Below, in pieces: positions 46,385 to 56,875 of a DNA stretch of 64,000 nt. The stretch comes from Bryobacterales bacterium (GTDB lineage Bacteria > Acidobacteriota > Terriglobia > Bryobacterales > UBA6623): the NCBI GenBank assembly GCA_963422375.2, contig OY729428.2, forward strand, positions 3,008,001 through 3,072,000. The letters are read 5' to 3'. The translations under genes and the position numbers were made by a program. Position 1 is the first letter of the stretch. Each line of letters starts with the position of its first letter. The notes under the pieces were generated by a model. The model saw only the letters and a list, made by a program, of their open reading frames with translations, was not told where the DNA came from and made no database searches.

Positions 46385-48176
46385 TCAGCTTAGCGCCTAG
46401 CTTGCTAATCGCGTGTGACCTCGCGTGGCACTGACCGAACGAAAACGCCCCCATTGCGACCGCCGGGACTCTCCCGTTCGGGTGCGCATTGCCCGGCAAC
46501 CTTGAACGCCCGGAGGCTAGGCGAATCTGGCATCAGCAGTCTTCCCTCGCTGCGGATAGATTGCCTCTTGCACGATCTGCCGTCCGCCACATGTCGCAGC
46601 CCGAAAGCGCACGGGGGCACCCCGAGAGCAGGCACCCGACGCCTCCCAGCGGGTCTGCACTCAACCAAGTGGGACAGCGGCCCTGCCTGGACAGGCTACT
46701 TGGCGGTACGGACTGCAAATGGGTCGGGCAGCGGACGGGGCCCACCGTAGGGCAGCAGGCGCTGAGCTGCGCAGGAGCGTTTCCGATGGACGTCGAATTG
46801 CTACCTCTTGCAGGATCTTCCGGCGACGCCGCACCTAGCGGCTTTCGCCGATGAGACCCGCGGATCAGAAGTCGAAATATCCCTTATCGGATGAGGCGGG
46901 GCTCGCTGCCCGTGACGTGTTGAGACGGTGAAGACTGCGCCATCCCGTAGTACTCAACCCATCTAGCACGCACTCACTGGCTAGCAGATCCGCCTGCCCA
47001 ACCGCAGTTTCGCACACCTGCGCATTGACTTGAGATTTGAGGTCAGCGTTTCATTCGAGGACGATTTCTCGACCAGCGGCTGACCAGAAGTCATCGGGCC
47101 GTTGTCCCACATCCTCCCGAACAATTCTCCGCACTGGTTGACTCGCCGACGAGCTTTTCGGGGCCGACATTGCTGACCTGCTAGGTGCCGTCGAAGTGAG
47201 ACTGCACAGTGCGCTGCATCGCTCCGGGCACCTCCACCGACTGGCTTCGGCCTTGCCCGAGAGCTCCACCGCCCCGAAGACGGGGAGTGTCTTTCCGGGC
47301 CGGCCAGAAAGGAGATCGGCGTGAAGCGGCCCGCGCCGAATTCGCTCCAACCCGCGCTCTAAGGCATAGACGAGACCTAGGATGAGATGATGGTTCGCCC
47401 TCACCCGTCATCATTCCCGAATCCCGCGGTCGCGGTCCGAGAAACGAGCAGGGGCCGTGCCAGACTGAGACTGCTCGCCCGCCGCGGACTACTGGAATGG
47501 AACTACTGCAAGAAGAAATGTCCGGGCCGGACCAGGCAGGACGCATGCGGAACCACGGAACTCCCGGTTCCGGTCCCGGAAGGAAACTACTTATTGCTTG
47601 TGATCAAGCCTCCGAATCTCGGCGAAGAACCTCTTGGATGGATTTTATTCTCGGCATACACTGTAGATGCTTACAATACTATCCCACTCCATGTCGTCTT
47701 CTTGGCAAGGGATGCTGCTCTCCTGGAATCCACCCGGGTCGCCAGAGAGATTCTTCAGAGAAGATCACGGCGAATCTCGGCTCTTGGGGATGAATCGTGC
47801 GAGAATAATGAAATCTTCGGTCTTGTGACCTGTAGGTGCTCGAGTGATCCTTATGACTAATGCATATTTCCACAAGGAAGACCGCGATATTTGACGGATA
47901 TAACTTCGAATCGATTACATATAGAATCGCGATTTACGCAGACCGGTGTGGGCTGCCTGGGGATGGGGGTAGTCTTGTCACAATCACTAATTAATCAGTC
48001 TACGGAAGCGCCGGCGCGCGCGGCCCCGAGCGGAGCTGCACGGCATGGTGGCGCGAACACTCTCTGCCCGGCAGGAACAGCGACACCGCAGTCGCCGCGC
48101 GAGCCCGGTCGCGGGCCTCGGCCCAGTAGATGAACACAACCATGGCATCGAAGAGCAAGCCGCCCTCAAGCAGGCG

Positions 48177-48740
48177 TGGAAGGAGGTGGCGGTGATCGGG
48201 ATCGGCAAGTACGGCGCGCATCCGGTCGGCATGGACCGGCACGGCGTCCCGCTGGTCAAGGCGAAATACGCGAAGGCCGAGGTCGCGGAGGTCCCGGGCG
48301 TGCCGCGGCCCTGCGTGATCGGCATGGAGGCCTCCAGCGGGACGCAATTCCTGGGGCGGTAGCTTCGGGAGATTGGCCACGAGATGCGGCTGGTGCCGGC
48401 GAAGCACGTCAAACGGGCCACGACGGACTTCATCGACGCGGAGGCCTGCCAGCGCCCGACGATGCGCTTCGTGCCGCTGAAGCCGGAGGAGCAGCTGACG
48501 ATGCAGTCGCTGCACCGGCTGCGTCAGCAACCGTAGCAGCCGCTAACTGCGCACGCTGCCGATGCACGGGACGCGCGCGTCCTCGGAAAGGCTGGCCGGG
48601 AGGGGCGACGGCTGCGGCGACGGCTGGCCCGTGAGCCGAGCGAGAAGAGCGTCGTGGTGGCCCGCTTGGCGCGCATCGCTTGGGCCGCCCCGAGCAAGGG
48701 CGAGCGCTTCCGCCCGGCTCCAGAGATCGCCACCGCCTAA
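48177..48740 (+). pseudogene. IS110-family (IS1111-like) recombinase remnant with internal deletion
   Basis: N-terminal RuvC-like part VAVIGIGK...IGMEASSG...GHEMRLVPAKHVK...DFIDAEACQRPTMRFVPLK, with TAGs at 48360 and 48534, fused to C-terminal remnants LRTLPMHGTRA and VARLARIAWAA, ending in TAA at 48738-48740. The middle is missing. Confidence 0.85.
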
Positions 48741-48789
48741 GACAACCGACGGCTGCCGGGGAATTCGCACCAGCGGTCGCGAGCCCCGC

Positions 48790-48965
48790 AATTCGCCTCG
48801 GCATGCGATAACAATGGACCAACGGTCGCACCGGCATTGCGTAACCCTGCCTGTTCGGATGGCCCTCGGAGGTCGGCAGAACTATCAGGACCGTGACGTG
48901 CGGAACCCATCGTGGCCCGGGACCGGCAGGGTTCCGGTAGGTCGGATATTTACGCGCAGTTCCGT
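48790..48965 (+). ncRNA. Candidate IS1111-type bridge/seek RNA region (3' non-coding region of the IS110 relic); boundaries approximate
   Basis: Lies directly 3' of the IS110 stop. Blocks ATGG..AACGGTC..ACCGGC, AACCCTG, GGCCCTCGGAGGTCG, GCGGAACCCATC..GGCCCG and AGGTCGGATA resemble IS1111-group 3' regions as I recall them; short hairpins are present. Confidence 0.55.
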
Positions 48966-49239
48966 TCTGTCGGGAGAGACGTTGGCGCAGGCCCCGAGGA
49001 CGAACCGTATGTTCCGAACATGGGCAGTGCTGGGTTGTCCAAGAGGCTCGAGTCGGAGAGGAGCGGGACGGTGTGACCGGGGCGATGGGCTGGCCGCAGG
49101 GACTCCTCCGCTAGCCGGTCCCTTCGGTCCGCCGTCCGCCTCCTCCCGCCGTGTCACCGCCTCAAGTACCTGAGTCTAAAGGTGTTGCGGAGAATCCCAC
49201 GAATGCCCTTGACGCACCCACCATAATCAAACCGACGGA

Positions 49240-52014
49240 ATGGGGACGGCACTTTCGCGTTGCCGCAAACCAGGCCTCACGGCGCACATGGGTCACCTTA
49301 ACGGCATTTCGCTACTCCCTTCGAGAGGGGCCGTGCTGGCGGCCTGCCTCCTGTGCCTGCCGATTGCCCATGCGCAGGCACCGTCGGGGGCCCACAACGA
49401 GCTGGTCAGGAAATATAGCGATCTTCTCTTGCTACAGGCTGGCGACTACTCGAGCGTGCAGGTTGGTGAAGGCCTCTTGTCGGATGCGTTGGCCCCGCAG
49501 TTCCAATCGGCCATGAAAAAGGTCGGATCCTATCCCTTCGACCGTCCGGGCGAGCTTGTCAAGTTCGTCATCAAGTTCGACGCGGAGACCGAGCTGACGG
49601 ATGCCCAGCGGGAAGATGAAGAGGCGCACGAGGCATTTCTGAATTTGTTTTCCAGGACGATGCCGTTGTTGGCGTACGCGTACAACACGCCCGGCACAGG
49701 CGCTGTCCAAAACCCGTATTTCCAGAACGAATCCGTGGCCCAAGCCTACATCCGGGCTCTCGAATACTGCTACGGAAGGGGAATCACCGAGGACGCGTGG
49801 CTTCCCGACCACGCCGGCCGCGCGAGCGCGCAGGCCTTGGCCCTAGGCCTGGTCCGGCGGTCCGGGGACCTATCCACCGTATCATTGCGCCTAGGAGGGT
49901 TCATCCAGAGCGTCTTCTTGATGCGGGAACCGCTCTCCAAGGCCGGCTTGCTGGACAAGTACCGGGCGGTGGTCCGCAACTTGGTTGTCAATCACGGCGC
50001 CCTGTACCACGCCTTCTTTCCGTACGCGCGCCGGGACGCGGGGATCAAGTACGAATTCCCGCTGCCGGTCGAGGAATGGCACTATCTGAACGCCGACGGA
50101 GTCAGGCTGTTCGTCGATTTCTTCTGGCCCTACTTCATGCTCGTCGAGGACGAGACGGAGCGAAGGCGGATGTCCGCCGTGCTGTGGCGAGTGATCGCGA
50201 CGAACATGGCGGTCAAGCCGGGCGTGCAGGGCACCATCAAGCCGGACGGCACGGCGTTCCACCACTTGACGGCCTACATGGGGGCTTACGGGCCGTTCAC
50301 GCTGGAATCGTTCGCCCAGCTGCTCTACCTGGCGAAGGGCGTCGGGTGCTACGCGCAGGAAAACGTCGATGCTGTAAAGCTCGCTGTCGAATCGTACCGG
50401 GTGATGATCCAGAAGTATTCCTCCTCTCCCGCGCTGCAAGGGCGCTTTCCGCGCGGGAACGACTCAAGAGCGGCGGCGGCGATATCGAAGGCAATGGCCC
50501 TGCTAGGACATCTTGAAGGTCCCGGCGACTCCCAGATGAAGGCACGCTTCCTAGAGTTCTTCGACGAGCGGCAGCTCAGCGAAGCGGAAGCCGGGAGGCC
50601 CTTCTACGCTGGCTCGCGCGGCGTGCCCATCCGCGGGCTGGGGATATACAGGCTGATCAGCGAGTTGCGGAGCTCGGGCGGCGCGGCGGCCGAGACTCCC
50701 TCGGGAGTCTAGATCAAGCCCTACGCCGCGGCGGCCTTCTTCCGCCGGGGCGACTGGCTGGTCACGGCCAAGGGCTTCAGCCGGTACTTCTGGGACTACG
50801 AGGGGCCGCTGAACGCCCGCCAGAACAGCTTCGGCCAGAACTGGTCCAACGGCTTGCTGCAGGTCTTCAGCGCGGGCACGCCCGTCAGCGCTCGGGACTC
50901 CGGATACGACCTTCAGAACGGCTGGGACTGGTACCACGTGCCGGGGACCACGGCCAGCCACTACCCAATCGAGAAGCGCACCCGGAAAGCCGTGCTGGCG
51001 CTCCGCTCCCAGCACGGCGTCGCCCAGCGCCGCACGGACCGCAACTACAACTCCAAGACCTTTGTCGGGGGCGCCAGCCTCGGCGAGCACGGTCTGTTCG
51101 TGCAGGACTTGGAGGCCCTGCCGTTCACTGCGCCGACGGACCTCCAAGGGCGCAAGACGTATTTCTTCGTCGGGGATCGCGTGCTGGCTCTGGGCAGCGC
51201 GATCCGAGGAGGCACATCCGAGGACCGGACGCACACAACGATCTTCCAGACCCGGCTCGATGGCCCCGACACAGCGACATGGCTGGACGGCCGGACATTG
51301 ACCGGCCTCGACCTCGCGGAGCGGAAACCGGCCGGCACGTCGGCGGCCATGGCCGACAGCGTGGGCAACAGCTATTTCCTGGCAAGCAGCACGGCGGACC
51401 TAGTCCTGTCGCGCGGGTTGCAGAGGAGCATGTCGGAGGACTACGAGCCGACCGAGGGAGCCTACGCGCAGGCGTACCTCGATCACGGGACGCGCCCGGC
51501 GGGCGACAGCTACGAGTACGTCCTGATCCCGGCGGACGAGGGGGCGAGGAAGCTGCAGGAACTGGCAGCCGACCCCGAGTCGTACTACCGAGCCATAAGG
51601 GCGGACTCGATCCATCTAGTGCATTTCCCGGGGCAGCGCGTGACCGGATACGCCTTCTACGAGACGGTGGAGACGCCTGCAGGCCAGCTTGTTCGCAGCG
51701 CCAGCATCCCGGCGACGGTGATGGTTCAGGAACAGGACGGCAGCGTCCTGCTGGCTGCGAGCGTGCCGGACATCGGATGGCAGTCGGACCGGAGAGTTCT
51801 CGCGAGAGGGTCCGGCCACGCAGCCACCCTCTACGCGCGCCAGAAAGCCAAGCTGCACGCGCTGGAGTTGGTCCTGCGAGGCAATTGGTGTCCAACCGAC
51901 GCCCCCGCGGGAACAGAGACCGAGGCCATCGGGGAGGACACCAAGGTGACGCTGCTCTGCACCGACGGGCTGAGCACGAGGATCGCGCTGGTGTCGGGCG
52001 ACGCGTGCCGCTGA
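49240..52014 (+). pseudogene. Polysaccharide lyase family 8 (chondroitinase ABC-like) with one in-frame TAG
   Basis: ORFs 49240-50712 and 50854-52014 share a frame across TAG 50710-50712 (PSGV*IKPY). Motifs TIKPDGTAFHH..Y..AY, RRGDWLVTAKGFS, GWDWYHVPGTT, FVGG, GRKTYFF..DRVLALGS, TTIFQ and AYLDHG..P....YEY. Start uncertain. Confidence 0.85.
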
Positions 52015-52229
52015 GGCGTTCCGACGGGGCCGTCGAGATGCGGTCGCGACGGCGGCGAGCTACCAAGGTCACACGCTTGGGCGGGCGATCTGCCCGCCCG
52101 TCAAGGCATCGCAGCGGAAGCAGGGCACGGCTCCGCCCTGCGCCCTGCTTCCACGCCTCCGGCCGATGTGCGCTACCGCCCTCCGCAGGCGATTCGATTC
52201 TAGGCAGGTGTCTGTTGACCTCTGTTCGC

Positions 52230-52441
52230 GAGCACCACCGCCGGTTAGGCCTGCCGGTGAAGAGACTTGCCAGCCGGGGCTCTTCCCGAAAATCGAGCGG
52301 GGGGCCGCGACGGTTCTGCCGCTGGCTGAAGATTTGCCCCGAGAGGCACGTCCTGCCGACCTTGCGGGCCCCGTTGAGCAGCAACGGCTTGCGGGTCGAC
52401 TGCCGCTTCCAATGCGGCAGAATCGTCGGGAGCAGTTTTTC
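52230..52441 (-). pseudogene. N-terminal fragment of an AAA-family ATPase (AAA_14/DUF4143-type)
   Basis: Minus-strand frame reads EKLLPTILPHWKRQSTRKPLLLNGARKVGRTCL...LDFREEPRLASLF, matching the WK...RKPLLLxGARQVGKT start of this family with a degenerate Walker A; the rest is absent. Confidence 0.65.
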
Positions 52442-52820
52442 TGGCGCGACGGATCAGCTCCGGCACAGGCAGGACGGAACGCAGGGACACTCCGTCCGGT
52501 TCCGCCCCGGCGACGGCAAGTTGGAAAACGACGTACGATTCAGCCGGAAATCAGGGCGTTTCGCCCCTACCGCGATCCTCCCGGGCAGCCCACCACCTGA
52601 TCCAAGCAAACTAACGCAATGCGCGAAGCTCCCGCGACGCGAGGGCTCGGCAACCTCCGCACCGCGGACGAAACAGCCTAGGCCGGCGATCCGCCAAAGG
52701 CCGACCTGCTCGCCGCCCCGGCCCGCCCCCCTAGCTATGCAGGCCGACCGCGTTCTTGATCCACGCCGGAAGACAATACCAGCCCACGGAGTCGCGACAC
52801 TGCCGGGCCCGGGGAGGCCG

Positions 52821-52897
52821 TGGTGGCTAGGGACGGATTTGAACCGCCGACGCCTGCCTTTTCAGGGCAGCGCTCTACCAAGCTGAGCTACCTAGCC
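52821..52897 (-). tRNA. tRNA-Phe (GAA)
   Basis: Reverse complement GGCTAGGTAGCTCAGCTTGGTAGAGCG-CTGCC-CTGAAAA-GGCAG-GCGTCGGCGGTTCAAATCCGTCCCTAGCCACCA; full cloverleaf with encoded CCA. Confidence 0.97.
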
Positions 52898-53136
52898 TCC
52901 GGTTTCCATGGTATCCCATGAACCCGCCTAGGTCAAGCCACGCTGCAGCCGCCCGCCGCAGGAGGCGGCTGACGCGGCATGCCGAAGCAGCTCGAGGATG
53001 CAAGGAGATCTGCCTGAAGGCGCGGGAGCGGCTGGGAGCTGCACCCTAACAGGTCACATCGATCCTTCACCCCGACCGGGCCGTGGAGCCCGCTACAACG
53101 ATGACCGCAAGCTATTCCTGACAGTTGGGATTGGTA

Positions 53137-56100
53137 TCAGAATTCGTAACGCAGGAGCAATTCTATGCGCCGCGGCCCGGTCAGCGTCGACGTAATTCGC
53201 CCGAACTGCGTCGAGCCGATCGAGTGGCTCCGCGTATAGAACGTCGGGTGGTTGAGGATGTTCTCGATCCGAGCGCCGGCCTTGATGACATGGCCCTCGG
53301 CGACGACCGTCGTCTTGGTGACGGCGAAGTCCAGCGCCAGGACGCTCGGCCCGGAGAACAGTCGACGCTGGAGCGTGCCGACCTCGCCCGGGCCGGGGTG
53401 GAAGAACGCCTGCCCGAGGAACGGTTCGAGGCCATCGATCGCCACGCCGCTGTTGTCTCGCGCGTTGATGGCGCCGGCACCGACCATGAACGGACCGTCA
53501 TCCGTCATCCGGAACCGAACGATATGGTCGAGCTGGTCCTTCCTCAGCGCGGTGCTCGCTGTGTTCTGCGCCGAGCGGCCCCTGCGGTTGAGCGTCCCCC
53601 TTCCGGAGAGAAGCGAGAAGGGCGACCCGCTCTGCCACGTCAGGATCGAGGAAATCGTCCAGCCCTGCCGCAGACGGTCCTTGGTCTGGAAGGGAAGGTT
53701 CCAGACCGCGTTGGCGTTGAAGACGTGATTCAGGTCGAAGGTGGCCCGGGCGCGTTCGAGCCACGGCTGCTCGATGTCGAGGAAGGGGTCGAAGCGCACC
53801 GTGGTCCCGCTCGAGTCCGTTAGCACCTTCGAGAAGGAGTAGTTCGCTTGGAACTGTAGGCCCCGCGCGGCCCGTCGCCGCGCCTCGACCTGCAGCGCGT
53901 GGTAGCTGGAGTTGGAGTAGTTCGTCACCAAGTCGGCCACGTACGCGCTTTGATTCCTGCGGAAGCTCAGCTTGTCGCCCACAAGGTCGTTCAGGATGTA
54001 GATGTCTGCCAGCGCGCCGACCTCGCCCCGGCGGATGAGATTCTGGACGATCGGTAAGCTAATGAACCCGCCGTTCGGCAGCAGCGGGAAGACCGTCAGC
54101 TCCTGGCTTCCCTCCAGAGACGGCGAGTGCAGCGGATTGAAGACGCCGGTTGCATCGAGAGATAGGAGGCCGTTGTTGCGGGCCCGGATCACGTCGTCGA
54201 GGAACCCGTTTTCCCGGACGACGACTTGGTTGTAGTCGAACGCCCGGACGAGTTTCGTGCCCTTGTTTCCCACGTAGCGCGCCTCGACCACGGTATCCCA
54301 GCCGATATCGCGCTGCAGGCCGAAGTGCCACTGCTGCACGTACGGGGCGCGCAGGTTGGGGTCGATAGCGAAGACAGCGCTGGCCGGGTCGAGCGCTTGG
54401 TTGTCGCTGGCCCGGCGCGGGACCGCGTAGTCCGGCAGGTCCACCGGCACGGCGCCGTCCCGGAGGAACTTGTCGAGATTCCGCATCACGCGCGAGCCCT
54501 GCAGGCCGCTGTTGGCCGTGGCCGCGTTTTGCGCGGCCTGGATCGCCTCGTCGATGACGTAGTTGACGCTGTAGCCGACGCGCAGCGAAGTCCCGCCGTC
54601 GCCGAACACGTCCCACGCCAAGCCGATGTTGGGGGCGAAGTTGTTGCGGTCCGGCAACCACATCGGACGTCCCGTCGCTCCCCCGGCGAAGTCAAGCTTG
54701 GCGTCGGAAAGGATGGTGTCGATGACCGTGCCCGCTTCCTGGACGGGCAGGAGCATCAGGCCTTCGCGCTCGTCCACCCGCCCGTAGTACTCCCAGCGCA
54801 CGCCTAGGTTGAGCGTGAAACGCGGAGTCAGCTTGAGACTGTCCTGGAAGTAGCCCGAGAAGCTGTCGAAGCTGTAGTTGCGCCGGTTCGACTGCCCGGG
54901 GACGAATCCCGAGTTCTGGTCCCGGACGTTGAATGTCTGCCCGGCGGTGGAAATGATGCCCGCGATGGTGGCGAGCAGGCCTTGGGCGGCCCCTAGGTCG
55001 CCGGGACCGATCCCTCCGGGAAACAGGGCCCCGGAAAGCTGGTAGTCGCTCTGCGCGGAGATTCCGATCGTCATCGCCGGCAGGACGCCGAAATTGTCGA
55101 ACGAAGCCACGCGAACGCGCTGGGCGTCGAATCCGAACCGGAACGTATGCCGTCCGAGATGCGCTTCGACGTTGTCCCTGTAGTTGTAGGTATCGGTCGC
55201 GCGTCCCTGCGGCGCGAAGTTGACGGTGGGATTGCTGAAGGCCAGGCCCCGCAGCTGGTAGTCCTCGGGAACGGCGCTGTTGTGGAACTCGCCGGGAGCA
55301 AGATTGAATCCGAAGCGCGCCTCGTTCGTCCAGCGCGGCCCGGGGCTGGTCCGCCAGCTGACCGAGAGAAAGTCTGTGTGAATCACGTCCCGGACTGGCG
55401 GGGCCTCGTGGAAGCCCACGCCCGAGTCCCCGCGATCGTTGCTCTCCTCGTTGTACTTGTACGTCACCGCCAAGGCGTTGCCGGAGGTAATGTTCCAGTC
55501 GCCGCGGGTCGTCACGGCATGCCGGTCACCGTCGTCGCGCGTCTGGAAGCGGTAGCCCGCCGTGTTCAGCATGCGCTCGCTCGAGCTGTCGCCTACGTCG
55601 TAGTTGTTGATTTCGCTGGATGCGGGAACCCTGCTCAGAATCGCCGCGATCTCCGGATCCGCTTCCAGGCCCTGCATATCGAGGACGTTGACTTGGCGAA
55701 ACGTGCCGTCCAGGTCGAGATAGCTGAAGATTCCCTGAGCGGCATCGGGCGTCAGCAAGGTCGCGTTCACGAGCGACTCGCGACGGTCCCTTAGTGACTC
55801 GTAGTTCGCGTAGAAGAAGACCCTGTTCCTTACGGCGGGTCCCCCGATGGAACCGCCGAACTGGTTGTACTTGAGCTTGGTCTTCTCCAGTCCCTGCCTA
55901 TTGGAGAACCACGGGTTCGCGGCGAGCGCATCGTTGCGCGTGTGCCAGTACCCATTGCCGTGAAACTCGGGCCCTCCGGAGCGGGTGACGAAGTTCACCT
56001 GCGAGGCGCCGCCACCGATGCCGGGCGAGCCGTTCTGGTTCGTGACGGCGAACTCGGCGACCTGGTCGAGGAGGGTCCGGCTCGCCAGGTAGTCGAGCGC

Positions 56101-56700
56101 GTTGCGACGGATGAAGTTGTCCTGGATGTTGATGCCGTCGAGCGTCACGCTCGAGAACGAGGTCCGCTGGCCGTTGATCGTGGTGGGGGACGCGCCGCCG
56201 TAGGCGACGCCGGCCTGCAGGCTGACGAAGCTGAGGGGGTCCCGACCGATCAGCGGCAGGTCGGCGATTTGCTCGGAGGTGACGACGGAGGTGACCTCGG
56301 CGCTTGTCGTCTGCACCTGGCTGACGCCGCCCTCGACCACGATTACTTCCGAAGCCACGCCGAGTTCCAGCACGACCCGCGGCAGCGACGTCTCGCGAGC
56401 GACGTCGACCTTCAGGTGCTCGACGGTGTAGCTGCGGAAGCCGGGCGAGGAGATCTCGAGGGTGTACAGCCCCGCCGAAAGGGCCGGAGCGCTGAAGGCG
56501 CCAGCCGCGTTCGTCGCGAGAACCAAAGCCGCGCTCGTGGACTCGTTTCGAACTACAACCTCGGCCCCCGGCACGGCCGCCTCAGATGGATCCAGCACCG
56601 TTCCGGCCAAGCGGCCAGTGGCCCCTTGTCCCAGCGCCGCAGCAGCGAATTGCGCCATGAGCAGCAGCGTCGTGCAGGTAAGCCTCCAAGTCACGATCAA
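53137..56700 (-). CDS. TonB-dependent receptor, Oar-like
   Basis: Signal peptide, GTVLDPSEAAVPGAEV, DLPLIGRD, NQFGGSIGGP, NNFAPNIGLAW and C-terminal GPRRIELLLRYEF. Exact start uncertain. Confidence 0.94.
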   Translation of the reverse strand: MIVTWRLTCTTLLLMAQFAAAALGQGATGRLAGTVLDPSEAAVPGAEVVVRNESTSAALVLATNAAGAFSAPALSAGLYTLEISSPGFRSYTVEHLKVDVARETSLPRVVLELGVASEVIVVEGGVSQVQTTSAEVTSVVTSEQIADLPLIGRDPLSFVSLQAGVAYGGASPTTINGQRTSFSSVTLDGINIQDNFIRRNALDYLASRTLLDQVAEFAVTNQNGSPGIGGGASQVNFVTRSGGPEFHGNGYWHTRNDALAANPWFSNRQGLEKTKLKYNQFGGSIGGPAVRNRVFFYANYESLRDRRESLVNATLLTPDAAQGIFSYLDLDGTFRQVNVLDMQGLEADPEIAAILSRVPASSEINNYDVGDSSSERMLNTAGYRFQTRDDGDRHAVTTRGDWNITSGNALAVTYKYNEESNDRGDSGVGFHEAPPVRDVIHTDFLSVSWRTSPGPRWTNEARFGFNLAPGEFHNSAVPEDYQLRGLAFSNPTVNFAPQGRATDTYNYRDNVEAHLGRHTFRFGFDAQRVRVASFDNFGVLPAMTIGISAQSDYQLSGALFPGGIGPGDLGAAQGLLATIAGIISTAGQTFNVRDQNSGFVPGQSNRRNYSFDSFSGYFQDSLKLTPRFTLNLGVRWEYYGRVDEREGLMLLPVQEAGTVIDTILSDAKLDFAGGATGRPMWLPDRNNFAPNIGLAWDVFGDGGTSLRVGYSVNYVIDEAIQAAQNAATANSGLQGSRVMRNLDKFLRDGAVPVDLPDYAVPRRASDNQALDPASAVFAIDPNLRAPYVQQWHFGLQRDIGWDTVVEARYVGNKGTKLVRAFDYNQVVVRENGFLDDVIRARNNGLLSLDATGVFNPLHSPSLEGSQELTVFPLLPNGGFISLPIVQNLIRRGEVGALADIYILNDLVGDKLSFRRNQSAYVADLVTNYSNSSYHALQVEARRRAARGLQFQANYSFSKVLTDSSGTTVRFDPFLDIEQPWLERARATFDLNHVFNANAVWNLPFQTKDRLRQGWTISSILTWQSGSPFSLLSGRGTLNRRGRSAQNTASTALRKDQLDHIVRFRMTDDGPFMVGAGAINARDNSGVAIDGLEPFLGQAFFHPGPGEVGTLQRRLFSGPSVLALDFAVTKTTVVAEGHVIKAGARIENILNHPTFYTRSHSIGSTQFGRITSTLTGPRRIELLLRYEF

Positions 56701-56875
56701 AGCCCGATCTTAGCCAAAGTCTACAGGACGGTAGACCGGCCGACCCGGCAGATCCGGATCAAGCTGCGCTACCCGAGCGGGCCGGAGCGCGGCTCGGTTG
56801 CAGCTGCCCACCGGCACTCGCCGGAGACGCGGTCCTCTCCGTCCCGACAGTCTCGCCTAGGAAGGGCGGCCTGCG

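Noticed and set aside
49209..49227. TTGACG...CATAAT as a promoter for the PL8 gene
   Set aside because: The spacer is only about 7 bp, incompatible with sigma70.
38138..50712. Stop-codon recoding, suggested by in-frame TGA (38138) and TAG (50710) at probable Trp positions
   Set aside because: TGA and TAG both end conserved housekeeping genes here (atpH TGA; atpA, atpD, sucA, lpdA TAG). Single G-to-A changes of TGG are simpler.
52199..52222. CTAGGCAGGTGTCTGTTGACC as a possible IS end truncating the AAA ATPase fragment
   Set aside because: Only a vague resemblance; no partner inverted repeat or transposase nearby.
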